Below are positions 40,607-51,039 of a stretch of 64,000 nucleotides of DNA, one piece after another. The notes beneath the pieces were generated by a model. It saw nothing but the letters and a program-made list of their open reading frames with translations. It did no database searches and was not told the origin of the DNA. The stretch spans positions 533,034 to 597,033 of the forward strand of contig CAWAWO010000002.1 in the NCBI GenBank assembly GCA_963785835.1, written 5' to 3'. A program made the translations under genes and the position numbers. Positions within the stretch are counted from its first letter, which is position 1. Each line of letters opens with the position of its first letter. This DNA comes from an uncultured Actinomycetes bacterium (lineage in GTDB: Bacteria > Actinomycetota > UBA4738 > HRBIN12).

Positions 40607-42070
40607 GTGGAGGACAAGCCGCTGGTGGTCACCGAGGAATACGAGCGCCTCGGTGGCAAGAAGCTCTCGCTGATCGACGTGCTCGCCCAGTCGGTCGGCT
40701 TCATGGGGCCGGTGTTCGTCACCGCGTTCGTGATCCCGCTCATCATCGGGTTCAACGCGTCCGGGCGCGGCGCGGGCACGTCGGTGGGCCTGGCCGTCCT
40801 CCTCGCAGCTGTAGGCGTCTTCGCGCTCGCCTGGATCGTCTCGAGGTACGCGAAGAAGATCCACGCGGCCGGGTCCCTCTACGACTACGTGTCCCATGGT
40901 CTGGGAACGACGATCGGAGCGGCATCGGGGTGGCTGTACTACAGCGGGACGATCGTGCTGACCACGGCCCTCGGTGTGCTGCTCGGCGGGTACGTCCACG
41001 ACAACCTGCTGCCGGCGTTCGAGATCGGTCCGTTCTTCCCGATCTGGGTGTGGGACGCGATCTTCACCCTCGGGCTGTTCGCGGTCCTGTACTTCGGCGT
41101 GCAGATCTCGACCCGCGTGCAGCTGACCCTGGCCCTCGTCTCCATGGCCGTTGTTCTGGTCTTCCTCATCACGGTGATCATCGATCTCGGCGGCGACAAC
41201 GACTTCGCCAAGGCGTTCGATCCTTCTCCGGAGGGAGGCTTCAGCGGCATCTTGTTCGGTGTCCTCTACGGGGTCCTCGCGTTCGTGGGGTTCGAGACGG
41301 CGGCGAACCTGGCCGAGGAGACCGCCGACCCGAAGCGCTCGATCCCGAGGGCCGTGCTGGGCGCGGTCTTCATCGTGACGGTCTTCTACCTGATCGGGTC
41401 GTACGTTGAGGTGGCCGGCTTCGGGTTCGACCTGTCCGTGATCTTGTCTCCCGAGGTTGCGGGAGCTCCGTTGTTCGCGCTGGGCGCGGGTCCGCCCTTC
41501 GGGTCGGAGCTGTGGCTGAAGATCCTGCTCGTCGTGGTCTTCCTCGACATGCTCGCGGTCTACGTCGGAGCCGGCGTCGCCTCGACGCGTGGCGTGTTCG
41601 CGCTCGCCCGCGACCGGCGTCTGCCGGGGGTCTTCGCGAAGGTCTCGAAGTACGGGACGCCGGTGGGCGCGATCGTGCTGTTGATCGTGATCCAGGCGCT
41701 CTGGATCTTGCTCGCCGAGGGCAACGACACGATCTTCTCGCAGGAGGGCCTGCCGCACTACTTCTCGATCTTCGCGTGGGGGGCGGCGTTCGGTGCTTTC
41801 GCGCTCATCGTCGTCTATGGCGTGCTCTCGATCGGTGGGCTGGTGGGGCTTCGCGGGGACGGGGGCTACGGGGGTGTGGTGATCGCTTCGCTGGTCGGCA
41901 TCGCGATCAGCGTCGCGGCGATCTTCGGCTCGTTCTACAAAGTGACGAGTCCACTGGTCCTCGCGGCCTGGTACCCGCTCATCTGGGGCGTCATCGGGCT
42001 CGTGTACATGTTCCTCGTCAAGGGACGTGAAAGCGCCAGCGACGCGCTCGAAGACCTGCATTCCGGCTGA
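40607..42070 (+). CDS. APC-family amino acid/polyamine permease
   Basis: 487 aa with 12 TM helices and an APC-superfamily pattern (…GFETAANLAEE…, …FALARDRRLP…). Confidence 0.85.
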   Translation: MEDKPLVVTEEYERLGGKKLSLIDVLAQSVGFMGPVFVTAFVIPLIIGFNASGRGAGTSVGLAVLLAAVGVFALAWIVSRYAKKIHAAGSLYDYVSHGLGTTIGAASGWLYYSGTIVLTTALGVLLGGYVHDNLLPAFEIGPFFPIWVWDAIFTLGLFAVLYFGVQISTRVQLTLALVSMAVVLVFLITVIIDLGGDNDFAKAFDPSPEGGFSGILFGVLYGVLAFVGFETAANLAEETADPKRSIPRAVLGAVFIVTVFYLIGSYVEVAGFGFDLSVILSPEVAGAPLFALGAGPPFGSELWLKILLVVVFLDMLAVYVGAGVASTRGVFALARDRRLPGVFAKVSKYGTPVGAIVLLIVIQALWILLAEGNDTIFSQEGLPHYFSIFAWGAAFGAFALIVVYGVLSIGGLVGLRGDGGYGGVVIASLVGIAISVAAIFGSFYKVTSPLVLAAWYPLIWGVIGLVYMFLVKGRESASDALEDLHSG

Positions 42071-42080
42071 TCGGGCTGGG

Positions 42081-43046
42081 ATGACCGGACGTGGGGCCGG
42101 GGCGGCGCCGAAGGCGCCGCCCCGGCTCGTCCTCATCCTCTCCGAGAACTGGACGCTCACGCCCGCGCGCGATCTCCGCGCGGTGATCGGGATGGCCGTC
42201 GAGGCGGAGCAGGCCGGCTTCGACGCCGTGATGGTGAGCGAGCACGTCGTGCTCGGGCCGGGATCGGACGCCGAGGGCGTTCCGGAGAACCCGCGCGAAT
42301 ACGCGCTGCCGGGCAACCAGGATCCGGCGATGCCCTGGCTCGACCCGCTCGGGCTGCTCGCCGCGGTGGCTTCGGTCACGACCCGACTTCGCTTGGTCGC
42401 GAGCTCGATCATCGCGCCGCTGCGCCACCCGCTGCTGCTCGCGAAGCAGCTGGCGACGCTCGACCTCCTGTCCGAGGGAAGGCTCGTGGTGCAGCCGACC
42501 GTGAGCTGGCACCGGGCCGAGTACGAGGCGCTCGGCGTGCCGTTCGAAAAGCGTGGGGCGCTCCTGGACGAGCACCTCGCCGCATGGAGCGTCCTGTGGC
42601 GAGAGACGCCCGCGTCGTTCGAAGGTCGCTCCTACCGGTTCCGCGACGTCGCCCTCGAGCCCAAGCCGTTCCGGCCTGCCGGTCCGGTCTTGTGGTTCGG
42701 TGGGCAGCGGATGCACGACCGGCTGCTTCGGCGGCTCGTGGACTACGGGAGCGGCTTCAACCCGCTCGGAACACCGAGCGACGGCGACCTCTCGAGATTG
42801 CGAGCCGCGATGACCGAGGCCGGCCGGGACCCCGCCGAGCTCGAGATGGTCGGGGGCACGCGGGGCCGGTTCCGTGGAGCCGACGACGTCGCAGACCTCG
42901 GCGAAGCGCTCGCGAGGATCCCCGCCCAGCTCGAACGCGGCTTCACGACGATCTGCATCAAGCCGTCGCAGTTCATCGACGACCCGGACGGGATCGGTCC
43001 GTTCTGCCGCGACGTCGTCGAACGCGTGACCGCGCTCGTCGACTGA
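42081..43046 (+). CDS. LLM-class (luciferase-like) flavin/F420-dependent oxidoreductase
   Basis: ATG at 42081 inside ORF 42027..43046. TIM-barrel LLM pattern (…[11 protein letters not shown]…, …[14 protein letters not shown]…). Confidence 0.8.
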   Translation: MTGRGAGAAPKAPPRLVLILSENWTLTPARDLRAVIGMAVEAEQAGFDAVMVSEHVVLGPGSDAEGVPENPREYALPGNQDPAMPWLDPLGLLAAVASVTTRLRLVASSIIAPLRHPLLLAKQLATLDLLSEGRLVVQPTVSWHRAEYEALGVPFEKRGALLDEHLAAWSVLWRETPASFEGRSYRFRDVALEPKPFRPAGPVLWFGGQRMHDRLLRRLVDYGSGFNPLGTPSDGDLSRLRAAMTEAGRDPAELEMVGGTRGRFRGADDVADLGEALARIPAQLERGFTTICIKPSQFIDDPDGIGPFCRDVVERVTALVD

Positions 43047-43076
43047 ACCGCGCGCGGACGACCGGGATCGGCTCCG

Positions 43077-43439
43077 CTACCCGTCGGGTCCGTCGACGTT
43101 CACGGTGGGCGGCCCGTCCCCGCCCGAGCGGAACACCACCATCTCGGCCGGTTCGTCGGACGCGGTGATCTCCCGATGGACGAGCCCCTCGGGGATCACG
43201 AGGAAGTCGCCCGGCCCGCCCTCGAGCGCGAGCTCGCCCTCCTCCCCGAACTCGATCGTCAGCCGGCCCGACAGCATGTACAGGACCGACTCGTGCCCGC
43301 CGTGGTGGTGCCAGCCGCTCGCGGCGCGGGGCGTGGTCCTCGCGGTTCCCGTCCACAGTCCCGGCCTGGCGAACGCCTGCCACCTGGTGATCTCGGGCGT
43401 GTTGTCCTGCTCGACGAGCTCGCTCGCGCCGATCCTCAT
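43077..43439 (-). CDS. Cupin-domain protein
   Basis: 120 aa with a two-motif cupin signature (…[19 protein letters not shown]… and …PEGLVHRE…). Confidence 0.65.
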   Translation of the reverse strand: MRIGASELVEQDNTPEITRWQAFARPGLWTGTARTTPRAASGWHHHGGHESVLYMLSGRLTIEFGEEGELALEGGPGDFLVIPEGLVHREITASDEPAEMVVFRSGGDGPPTVNVDGPDG

Positions 43440-43466
43440 CGCCTCGGCTCGGCCATCGTTCCTCCT

Positions 43467-44256
43467 TCACCCATCGAACGCCATCTCGCCGACGTCCACC
43501 GCCAGCCCGCCGCCGTCGGCAACCAGCGCCGTGCCGGTGACGATCGACGAGTCGTCGCTCGCGAGGAACAGGCAGCACGATGCGATCTCCTCGGGCGTTG
43601 CCGGCCGGCGGAGCGGGATCCGCTGCGTCGCCAGCCGGTACGCCTCGTCGAGCTCGAGGCCGCGGTCGGCGGCGAGCTCGCTCATCGCGGCGTCGCCCAT
43701 CGGGGTCCGCACCCAGCCGGGACAGAGCGCGTTGGCGCGGATCCCCTTCGGCCCGTAGTCGACGGCGATCGAGCGCGTCAGGCCGATCATCGCGGCCTTG
43801 GACGCGTCGTAGGCGGCGGACTCGGCCCCGCTGACGAGACCGGAGACGCTCGAGACGAGCACGATCGAGCCGCCGCCGCGTTCCACGAGCGCCGGGATCG
43901 CCGCGCGGACGAACCGGAGTGCGCCGGTCAGGTTCACGTCGAGCGTGCGGGCCCATCGCTCGTCGTCGACCTCGCCCGCCGACCCGCCGAACCCGACGCC
44001 GGCGTTGGCGACGAGGATGTCGAGACCGCCGAACGCCTCCATCGCGGCCGCGACCGCCTCGGGCGCGTGCGCGGCGATCGGCCACGTCGCCGGCGACCGC
44101 GAGCCCGCCGATCTCCTTGGCGACCGCCTCGATCGGCTCGGGGCGCCGTCCGGTGACGACGACCTTCGCGCCCTCGCGCGAGAACAGCCGAGCCGTCGCG
44201 GCGCCGATGCCCGTGCCGCCACCGGTGATGACCGCCACCTTGCCCTCGAGCCGCAT
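43467..44256 (-). CDS. SDR-family oxidoreductase, with a frame switch near 44085-44100
   Basis: N-terminal [25 protein letters not shown]...AGDVAD in frame of ORF 42973..44256. The remainder is in ORF 43467..44897 (…ILVANAGV…, …[14 protein letters not shown]…, …[12 protein letters not shown]…). Confidence 0.7.
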
Positions 44257-44324
44257 CTCGCCTCCCTGGGATGCGGCATAGTCTGGCGCATCGGCGCTCG
44301 AGGCGGAGGCGGCACGTGGCCAAC

Positions 44325-44903
44325 ATGCAGCCGTTGCGACGGGAGGACCATCCCGAGCTCGAGGAGCTCTGGCAGCTCTACGACGACACGATGTCGTTCG
44401 TTCCGAACAGCCTGTTCACGATGGCCCGCCGCCCGGAGGTCCTTCGGGCGTTCAGCGAGCTCATCACGCAGATCTGGCGCACGGGCACGGTGCCGGTGGG
44501 CCTGAAGCCGCTCGTGGCGATCGTGGCGAGCACCGCGGCCGGGTGCCGCTACTGCCAGGCGCACGAGACCGTGGACGCGAAGATGCGCGGGGTCGACGAG
44601 GCGAAGATCGCCGAGATCTGGAACTTCGAGCGCTCGCAGCTGTACGACGAGTCCGAGCGTGCGGCGCTCCGGTTCGCGCGCGACGCCAGCGTCGTCCCGA
44701 ACGCCGTGACGCCGAAGCACTTCGACGACCTCCGCGACCACTGGGACGAGGGCGAGATCGTCGAGATCCTCGCGGTGGTGGGCCTGTTCGGGTTCCTGAA
44801 CCGCTGGAACGACTCCATGGCGACCGACCTCGAGGAGATCCCGACTGCGTTCGCGACGCGGACGATCGGCCGCGAGGGCTGGGAGCCCGGGAAGCACGGA
44901 TGA
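44325..44903 (+). CDS. Carboxymuconolactone decarboxylase (AhpD-like) family protein
   Basis: ATG at 44325 inside ORF 44271..44903. The CxxC/H context CRYCQAHE is typical of the CMD/AhpD fold. Confidence 0.75.
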   Translation: MQPLRREDHPELEELWQLYDDTMSFVPNSLFTMARRPEVLRAFSELITQIWRTGTVPVGLKPLVAIVASTAAGCRYCQAHETVDAKMRGVDEAKIAEIWNFERSQLYDESERAALRFARDASVVPNAVTPKHFDDLRDHWDEGEIVEILAVVGLFGFLNRWNDSMATDLEEIPTAFATRTIGREGWEPGKHG

Positions 44904-46081
44904 CGTTCGGCGAGCAGATCGCGCTCGAGGAGCTCGAACGCGACCCGTACCCGATCTACGCGCGCCTGCGCGACGAGGAACCCGTGTCGTGGGTGCCGGC
45001 CGTGCAGCTCTGGCTCGTCACGCGGTACGAGGACGTTCGGGCCGTCGACCTCGCGCCCGAAGCGTTCACCGCCGCGACCGACCCGTCGACCCTGAACCGC
45101 ACGATGGGCGTGAACATGCTCGGTTCCGAGGGACCGGACCAGCGACGGATCCGGCGGGTCGTCGAGCCGCCGTTCCGCCCGCGCGACGTCGAGGAGCGGA
45201 CGCAGGGGATGATCCCGGAGCTCGCGAACGAGCTGATCGACGGGTTCGAGGAGCGAGGCGAGTGCGACCTGTTCCGCGAGTTCGCCGACCCGATGAGCGT
45301 GCGCTCGCTCCGGTTCATGCTCGGGCTCGACGAGGTGGCGTGGGAGGACCTGCTCCGTTGGAACGAGGGGCTGATGCCGGGCCTCGCGAACTTCGAGGCG
45401 GACCCCGTGAAGCAGGCGCCGGCCGACGAGGCGAGCGGCGCCCTCGGCGAGGTGATCGAACGGGTGCTGGACCGCGTCCAGGTCGAACCGGACGGGTCGG
45501 TGCTGTCGTGGATGCTCCACCACGACCGCGACGGCGACGCGATGAGCCGGGACGAGATCGTTGCCAACACGAGGCTGATGCTCTCCGGCGGGTTGCAGGA
45601 GCCGCGCGACCTGATCGCGCTCGTCGTGTACGCGCTCGGCTCGAACCCCGAGCAGCTCGAGGAGGTTCGCGCCGACCGCTCGCTCATCAAGGCGGCGGTC
45701 GAGGAGACGCTGCGGTGGGCAGGGCCCGTCGGAACGTCGACCCGGCAGACGACCGAGGCCACGGAGCTCGCCGGCGTCGAGCTCGATGAGGGCGCGTTCG
45801 TCGGTGCGGTGCTCTCGTCGGCGAACCGCGATCCGCGCCGTTTCACCGACCCGGACCGATTCGACGTCCGACGGAAGGAGGGAGCGCACCTCGCGTTCGC
45901 GATCGGCAACCACTTCTGTCTCGGCGCCTGGTTCGGGCGGCACCTCGCGCGGGTGTCGCTCGAGATCCTGCTGGACCGCCTGCCCGGGCTCCGGCTGGTT
46001 CTCGAGCGTCCGGCGACGCTCAGCGGCTGGGAGTTCCGAGCACCGGACTCGATGTGGGCGCGTTGGGATCGCCGGGCCTGA
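44900..46081 (+). CDS. Cytochrome P450
   Basis: 393 aa with the heme-thiolate loop FAIGNHFCLGAWF, the ETLRW (ExxR) motif and an I-helix region. The start overlaps the CMD stop (ATGA). Confidence 0.9.
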   Translation: MTFGEQIALEELERDPYPIYARLRDEEPVSWVPAVQLWLVTRYEDVRAVDLAPEAFTAATDPSTLNRTMGVNMLGSEGPDQRRIRRVVEPPFRPRDVEERTQGMIPELANELIDGFEERGECDLFREFADPMSVRSLRFMLGLDEVAWEDLLRWNEGLMPGLANFEADPVKQAPADEASGALGEVIERVLDRVQVEPDGSVLSWMLHHDRDGDAMSRDEIVANTRLMLSGGLQEPRDLIALVVYALGSNPEQLEEVRADRSLIKAAVEETLRWAGPVGTSTRQTTEATELAGVELDEGAFVGAVLSSANRDPRRFTDPDRFDVRRKEGAHLAFAIGNHFCLGAWFGRHLARVSLEILLDRLPGLRLVLERPATLSGWEFRAPDSMWARWDRRA

Positions 46082-48245
46082 GGTCCAGCCGTCGGAGCAG
46101 CATCGCGTTGAACGCGACGACGATCGTCGAAACGCTCATCGCGAGAGCGCCGACTGCGGGTGGGAGGACGAACCCCGCCCACGCGAACACCCCCGCGGCC
46201 AGTGGGATCGCGAGCACGTTGTAGCCGAGGGCCCAGCCGAGGTTCTGCCGCATCTTCCGGTAGCTCGCCTTCGACAGCGTCCTCACCGACACGGTCCCAC
46301 GTGGGTCGTCGCTCGCCAGTACGACCCCGGCCGACTCGATCGCGACGTCCGTCCCCGCACCGATCGCGATCCCGACGTCGGCCGCCGCCAGCGCCGGGGC
46401 GTCGTTGACCCCGTCGCCGACCATCGCCACCTGGAGGCCCCGTCCCTGCAGCTCGGCGACCGCCCCCGCCTTGTCCTCGGGCAGGACCTCGGCCATGACC
46501 TCGTCGAGCCCGACGTCGGCGGCGACCGCCTCGGCCACCTCCCTCGCGTCGCCCGTGACCATCACGACCCGGATCTCCTCGGCGTGAAGGGCCCGGACCG
46601 CCTCCACGGACTCGGGCCGCAGCTCGTCCTCCACCGCGAGCGCTCCGAGGACGCGGTCGTCCCGGACGACGGTCAGGACCGTCGCTCCCCGGGCCCGCCA
46701 TGTGGCGGCCTCCTCGGCGATCTCGGTGGGTACGTCGATCGCGCGTTCGCGGAGGAACACAGGTCCGACGACCTGGACCCGTGCGCCGTCGACGACGGCC
46801 TCGACGCCGCGTCCCGGCAGCGCCCGGAAGTCGGATGCGGGGGGGACGCCGCCGTTGGCGGAGGCGGCGGCGACGATCGCTTTGGCGAGGGGGTGCTCGC
46901 TGCTCGCCTCGACGGCCGCCGCCAGGCGCAGTGCCTCGTCAGTGGTGCCGTCGACCCCGGCGACGTCGCGGACGGCGGGTTTGCCCTTCGTGAGCGTTCC
47001 GGTCTTGTCGAACAGGACGGCGCTCACCGTGCGCATGCGTTCGAGCGCGAGACGGTCGCGGACGAGGATCCCGGCTCGGGCCGCCACTCCGGTGGAGATC
47101 GCGATCACGAGCGGGATCGCGAGACCGAGCGCGTGCGGGCACGAGATGACCAGCACCGTGACCGTCCGTTCGACGGCGGCTCCGCTGTCTCCGAGCGCCA
47201 TCCAGGCGATGAAGGTGAGCGCCGCCGCGGCCACGGCGACGTAGAAGAGCAGCGCGGCGGCTCGGTCGGCGAGCGCCTGAGCCCGAGACCGGGAGGCCTG
47301 CGCCTCGCGGACGAGCCGCTGGATGCCGGCGAGCGCGGTCTCCTCGCCGACCGCCTCGACCTTCACGCGTACCGAGTTGTCGGTGGCGACGGTCCCGGCG
47401 ACGACGCGGTCCCCCGTGCCCCGATGCACGGTCCGCGACTCGCCGGTGATCATCGACTCGTCGAATGCGGCGCCGCCCTCGATCACCGTTCCGTCGGCGG
47501 GGACACGCCCGCCGGGTCGGACGAGCACGACGTCGGCCAGCCGGAGCTCGGCGACCGGCATGGTGTGCAACTCGGCGCCGTGCACGACCTCGGCCTCGTC
47601 GGGGAGGAGGGCCGCGAGCGCCTCGAGGGCGCCGGACGCCTGACCGAGCGCCTTCATCTCCTGCCAGTGACCGAGGAGCATGACGTCGATGAGCAGCGCG
47701 AGCTCCCACCAGAACTCGAGGTCGAGCCACCCGAACTCCGAGGCGAGGCTCGCGACGAACGCGACGACGATCGCCAGCGAGATCAGGAGCATCATCCCCG
47801 GCTGCCGGTCCTGAACCTCCCGAACGGCTCCCTTCAGGAAGGGCGCGCCTCCGTAGACGAAGACGATCGTTCCGAAGATCGCCGCGATCCGGTCCGAGAG
47901 CGCGAAGGAGGGCGCGGTGAACCCGAACCACTCCTGGACCATCTCGGACCACACGAGCACCGGGATCGTGAGCGCGACGCAGAGCCAGAAGCGGTCGCGG
48001 AACATGGCCACGCTGTGCCCGGCGTGCTGGTCGTGAGCGTCGTGCCCACCGTGCACGTCGTGGTCGGCGTGCGCGCCATGGTCGGCGCCCGGCATCGGTT
48101 CCGCGTGGTTAGGCTCGTGCCCGCGATCCGCGACCGCGGCACGTTCCTCTCCCATCACGTGACCCGAGTGCTCGTCCCCGTGGTGCTGCTGATGGGCCAT
48201 CTCGGTTACCTCACGTCTAACCGGATCAAGGATGTACCCGTCCAC
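46020..48245 (-). CDS. Heavy-metal (copper) translocating P1B-type ATPase with a His-rich N-terminus (CopB-like)
   Basis: DKTGTLT phosphorylation site, GDGVNDAPAL and a TM6 CPH motif (SCPHALGLAIP). The N-terminus is His-rich (HQQHHGDEHSGH...HGAHADHDVHGGHDAHDQHAGH). An alternative ATG at 48200 has a GAGGT RBS. The 3' end overlaps the P450 3' end by 62 nt. Confidence 0.9.
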   Translation of the reverse strand: MDGYILDPVRREVTEMAHQQHHGDEHSGHVMGEERAAVADRGHEPNHAEPMPGADHGAHADHDVHGGHDAHDQHAGHSVAMFRDRFWLCVALTIPVLVWSEMVQEWFGFTAPSFALSDRIAAIFGTIVFVYGGAPFLKGAVREVQDRQPGMMLLISLAIVVAFVASLASEFGWLDLEFWWELALLIDVMLLGHWQEMKALGQASGALEALAALLPDEAEVVHGAELHTMPVAELRLADVVLVRPGGRVPADGTVIEGGAAFDESMITGESRTVHRGTGDRVVAGTVATDNSVRVKVEAVGEETALAGIQRLVREAQASRSRAQALADRAAALLFYVAVAAAALTFIAWMALGDSGAAVERTVTVLVISCPHALGLAIPLVIAISTGVAARAGILVRDRLALERMRTVSAVLFDKTGTLTKGKPAVRDVAGVDGTTDEALRLAAAVEASSEHPLAKAIVAAASANGGVPPASDFRALPGRGVEAVVDGARVQVVGPVFLRERAIDVPTEIAEEAATWRARGATVLTVVRDDRVLGALAVEDELRPESVEAVRALHAEEIRVVMVTGDAREVAEAVAADVGLDEVMAEVLPEDKAGAVAELQGRGLQVAMVGDGVNDAPALAAADVGIAIGAGTDVAIESAGVVLASDDPRGTVSVRTLSKASYRKMRQNLGWALGYNVLAIPLAAGVFAWAGFVLPPAVGALAMSVSTIVVAFNAMLLRRLDLRPGDPNAPTSSPVLGTPSR

Positions 48246-48315
48246 CGTAGCCGACCCTTGTCCGAGCGAGGGGTGGGCCTGATGCGCTCGGCGCGACGCG
48301 ACTAGGCTTCCCCGC

Positions 48316-49455
48316 GTGACGCCCGCGCGACGTCCAGCCAGAGCAGAGGTGGTCGGTTCGCTGCTTCGCCCGCCGGCGCTCCGATCCGCCGTCGACCGCT
48401 TCTACGAGGAAGGACACTCGGCGGTGCTGGCCGAGGAGCGCTCGAAGGATCGCGGCGAGCTCCGCGAACTCGAGGACGCCGCGATCCGCGACGCGGTCCG
48501 CCGGCAGATCGATCTCGGGCTCGACGTGGTGACCGACGGGGAGTTCCGCCGCTGGATGTTCCTGAACTCGTTCTACGACGCGGTCGAAGGGTTCCGGACC
48601 GACAACGTCGTCCACTTCCGGAACGCCAGAGGCGAGGACGTCCCGCTCCGCGTCCACGAGATCGTCGAGCGCCTCCGGCCCGTGGACTCGCCGGCGGCGC
48701 GCGAGGCGGAGTTCATGGCGGAGAACGCCGGTGCCCACCCGTTCAAGGTGACGTTCCCGGCGCCGTCGATCTTCGGGCACCCGTTCTCGTACAAGCCGGG
48801 GATCACGTCCGGCTACGGATCGCTCGACGAGTTCGTCGCCCACGCGGTCGAGATCGAGCGCGCGCTCGTCGCCGACGCGATCTCTGCCGGCGCCGACTAC
48901 GTGCAGTTCGACTTCCCGCTGTACCCGTACCTGGCCGACCCGACGTGGATCGCGCGTTTCGAGGCGCGAGGACACGACATCGGAGCGTTGGTCGACGCCG
49001 CCCTGGCGACCGATACCGCCGTGCTCGAAGGCATCCCGGACGACGTCACCGTCGCGCTGCACATCTGCCGCGGCAACTACCGTTCGTCCTGGATGTGCGA
49101 GGGCTCGCTCGAGCCCGTCGCCGAGCGCGTGTTCGGAGACCTGCCGTACGACGCCTTCCTGGTCGAGTGGGACGACGAGGGCCGCGACGGCGGGTTCGAA
49201 CCCGTTCGGCACCTGCGTGAGGGATCGGTCATGGTGATGGGGGTCGTCTCGACGAAGACGGCGGAGCTCGAGGACGAGGACGAGCTCGTCAAGCGGATGG
49301 AGGAGGCGGCAGCGCTCGCCGGTGGCATGGATCGTGTCGCGATCAGCCCGCAGTGCGGGTTCGCGAGCGTCATGGTCGGCAACGAGATCGACGAGGACAC
49401 GCAGTGGCGCAAGCTCGAGCTCGTGACCCGGGTCGCCGACCGGCTGTGGCCATGA
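48316..49455 (+). CDS. Cobalamin-independent methionine synthase (MetE) C-terminal-domain family protein
   Basis: 379 aa UROD/MetE-like barrel (…VVGSLLRPP…, …HICRGNY…, …SPQCGF…). Confidence 0.8.
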   Translation: MTPARRPARAEVVGSLLRPPALRSAVDRFYEEGHSAVLAEERSKDRGELRELEDAAIRDAVRRQIDLGLDVVTDGEFRRWMFLNSFYDAVEGFRTDNVVHFRNARGEDVPLRVHEIVERLRPVDSPAAREAEFMAENAGAHPFKVTFPAPSIFGHPFSYKPGITSGYGSLDEFVAHAVEIERALVADAISAGADYVQFDFPLYPYLADPTWIARFEARGHDIGALVDAALATDTAVLEGIPDDVTVALHICRGNYRSSWMCEGSLEPVAERVFGDLPYDAFLVEWDDEGRDGGFEPVRHLREGSVMVMGVVSTKTAELEDEDELVKRMEEAAALAGGMDRVAISPQCGFASVMVGNEIDEDTQWRKLELVTRVADRLWP

Positions 49456-50357
49456 CCGACGTCGACACGCGATCCGCGGTCGACGCAACGACGCTTACGG
49501 CGTTCGGGCTGTTCGTCACGCTCGCCGGTGGGAACGTCGTCGCGGTCCGATCCATCTCGTGCGAGACGTGCGAGCTCGACCCGTTCTGGGCAGCGGCCAC
49601 CCGGTTCCTCGCCGCCGCGGTCATCCTCGTCGCGATCGCGCTCGCGCTGCGGACCGGCATGCCGCGCGGCAGAGCGCTCCTCGGCGCCGTGCTCTACGGC
49701 GTGCTCGGGTTCGGCGCGCCGTTCGCCCTCGCGTACTACGGGCTGCAGACGGTGCCGGCGAGCCTCGGAGCGGTGCTGCTCGCCACCGTCCCGCTGCTCA
49801 CGTTGGCGTTCGCGGTCGCGCACCGACAGGAGCGTTTCCGGTGGGAGGGGCTCGCCGGGGGTCTCCTCGCGATCGCCGGGATGGTCGTGATCTTCCGCGA
49901 CGGGTTCGGCAGCGGCGTGCCGTTCGTGTCCCTGGTCGCGCTCCTGTTCGCGGCCGCGTGCTTCGCCGAGGTGGCCATCGTCGTCAAGGCGTTCCCTCGG
50001 GTGCACCCGACGTCGCTGAACGCGATCGGCATCGGCGTGGGCGGCCTCATGCTGCTGGGGCTTACCCTCGTCGCCGGCGAGGCGCACGTGCTCCCGGAGC
50101 TCGCGCGGACGTGGTTCGCGCAGGTCTACCTCGTGCTCCTGGGCTCGGTCGCGGCCTTCTCGCTCTACGTGTTCGTGCTGCATCGGTGGACCGCGAGCGC
50201 CGTCTCGTACGAGGGCGTGCTGATCCCACTGGTGGCGATCGTGCTCTCCGTGTGGTTGCAGGACGAACGCATCACGTGGGCGTTCGCCGTCGGATCCGTC
50301 CTCGTCCTGATCGGCGTGTACTTCGGCGTGCTCCGGCGTCCGGCGCCGCATGGCTGA
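49452..50357 (+). CDS. EamA/DMT-family transporter
   Basis: 301 aa with 10 TM helices. The start overlaps the upstream stop (ATGA). Confidence 0.8.
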   Translation: MTDVDTRSAVDATTLTAFGLFVTLAGGNVVAVRSISCETCELDPFWAAATRFLAAAVILVAIALALRTGMPRGRALLGAVLYGVLGFGAPFALAYYGLQTVPASLGAVLLATVPLLTLAFAVAHRQERFRWEGLAGGLLAIAGMVVIFRDGFGSGVPFVSLVALLFAAACFAEVAIVVKAFPRVHPTSLNAIGIGVGGLMLLGLTLVAGEAHVLPELARTWFAQVYLVLLGSVAAFSLYVFVLHRWTASAVSYEGVLIPLVAIVLSVWLQDERITWAFAVGSVLVLIGVYFGVLRRPAPHG

Positions 50358-51039
50358 GCCGCGCGCGCTCGTCGTCAAACCGCACCGCCTCTCGGCGACC
50401 GGGTTCGTGGGCGAGCGGTTTCGCGAGCGGGGTTTCGAGCTCGTGGAGCACGTCGCCGACGAGGACGGCTCGATGCCCTCGGCCGAAGGGTTCCGAGCGA
50501 TCCTCGTGATGGGAGCGCCATGGTCGGTCTACGGCCCCGAGGTCTCCCCCTGGATCGGCCGGCTGCTGGAGCTGCTCCGGGAGGCCGACGATCGAGGCGT
50601 TGGGGTGTTCGGCGTGTGCTTCGGGGCCCAGGCTGTCGCCGCGGCGTTCGGCGCCGAGGTACGGAAGGGCGAGCTCGAGCTCGGCTGGCGCGAGGTGTCG
50701 AGCTCCGAGCCGGACGTCGTTCCCGCCGGGCCGTGGTTCATGTGGCATTCGGACCGGTTCGACCTCCCGGACGGCGCTCGCGAGCTGGCTCGAACGGGCG
50801 CGAACGGACCGCAGGCCTACGTGTTCGGGCCGCACCTGTGCGTGCAGTTCCATCCCGAGGCCGATACCGAGATCGTATCGGCGTGGGTCGGACACGACGC
50901 AGGGGACTTCGCCGCCGCCGGCCTGTCGCCCGAGGCAGTGCTGGCCGAGACCGCGAGCCGGGAAAACGCCGCGCGCCGCCGGGCCGCAGGCCTCGTCGAC
51001 GAGTTCCTGGAGCGCGCCGGGGTACCATCCGGGCGATGA
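50350..51039 (+). CDS. Class I glutamine amidotransferase-like protein
   Basis: 229 aa with the GATase1 nucleophile elbow GVCFGAQ and an H/E pair near the C-terminus (…FHPE…). It overlaps the DMT gene by 8 nt. Confidence 0.75.
   Translation: MAEPRALVVKPHRLSATGFVGERFRERGFELVEHVADEDGSMPSAEGFRAILVMGAPWSVYGPEVSPWIGRLLELLREADDRGVGVFGVCFGAQAVAAAFGAEVRKGELELGWREVSSSEPDVVPAGPWFMWHSDRFDLPDGARELARTGANGPQAYVFGPHLCVQFHPEADTEIVSAWVGHDAGDFAAAGLSPEAVLAETASRENAARRRAAGLVDEFLERAGVPSGR

Noticed and set aside
46020-46081. Possible mis-called stop causing the P450/ATPase 62-nt overlap
   Set aside because: Both frames run uninterrupted into the overlap with high GC3, and neither C-terminus can be shortened without data from orthologs. 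It is reported as a finding rather than corrected.
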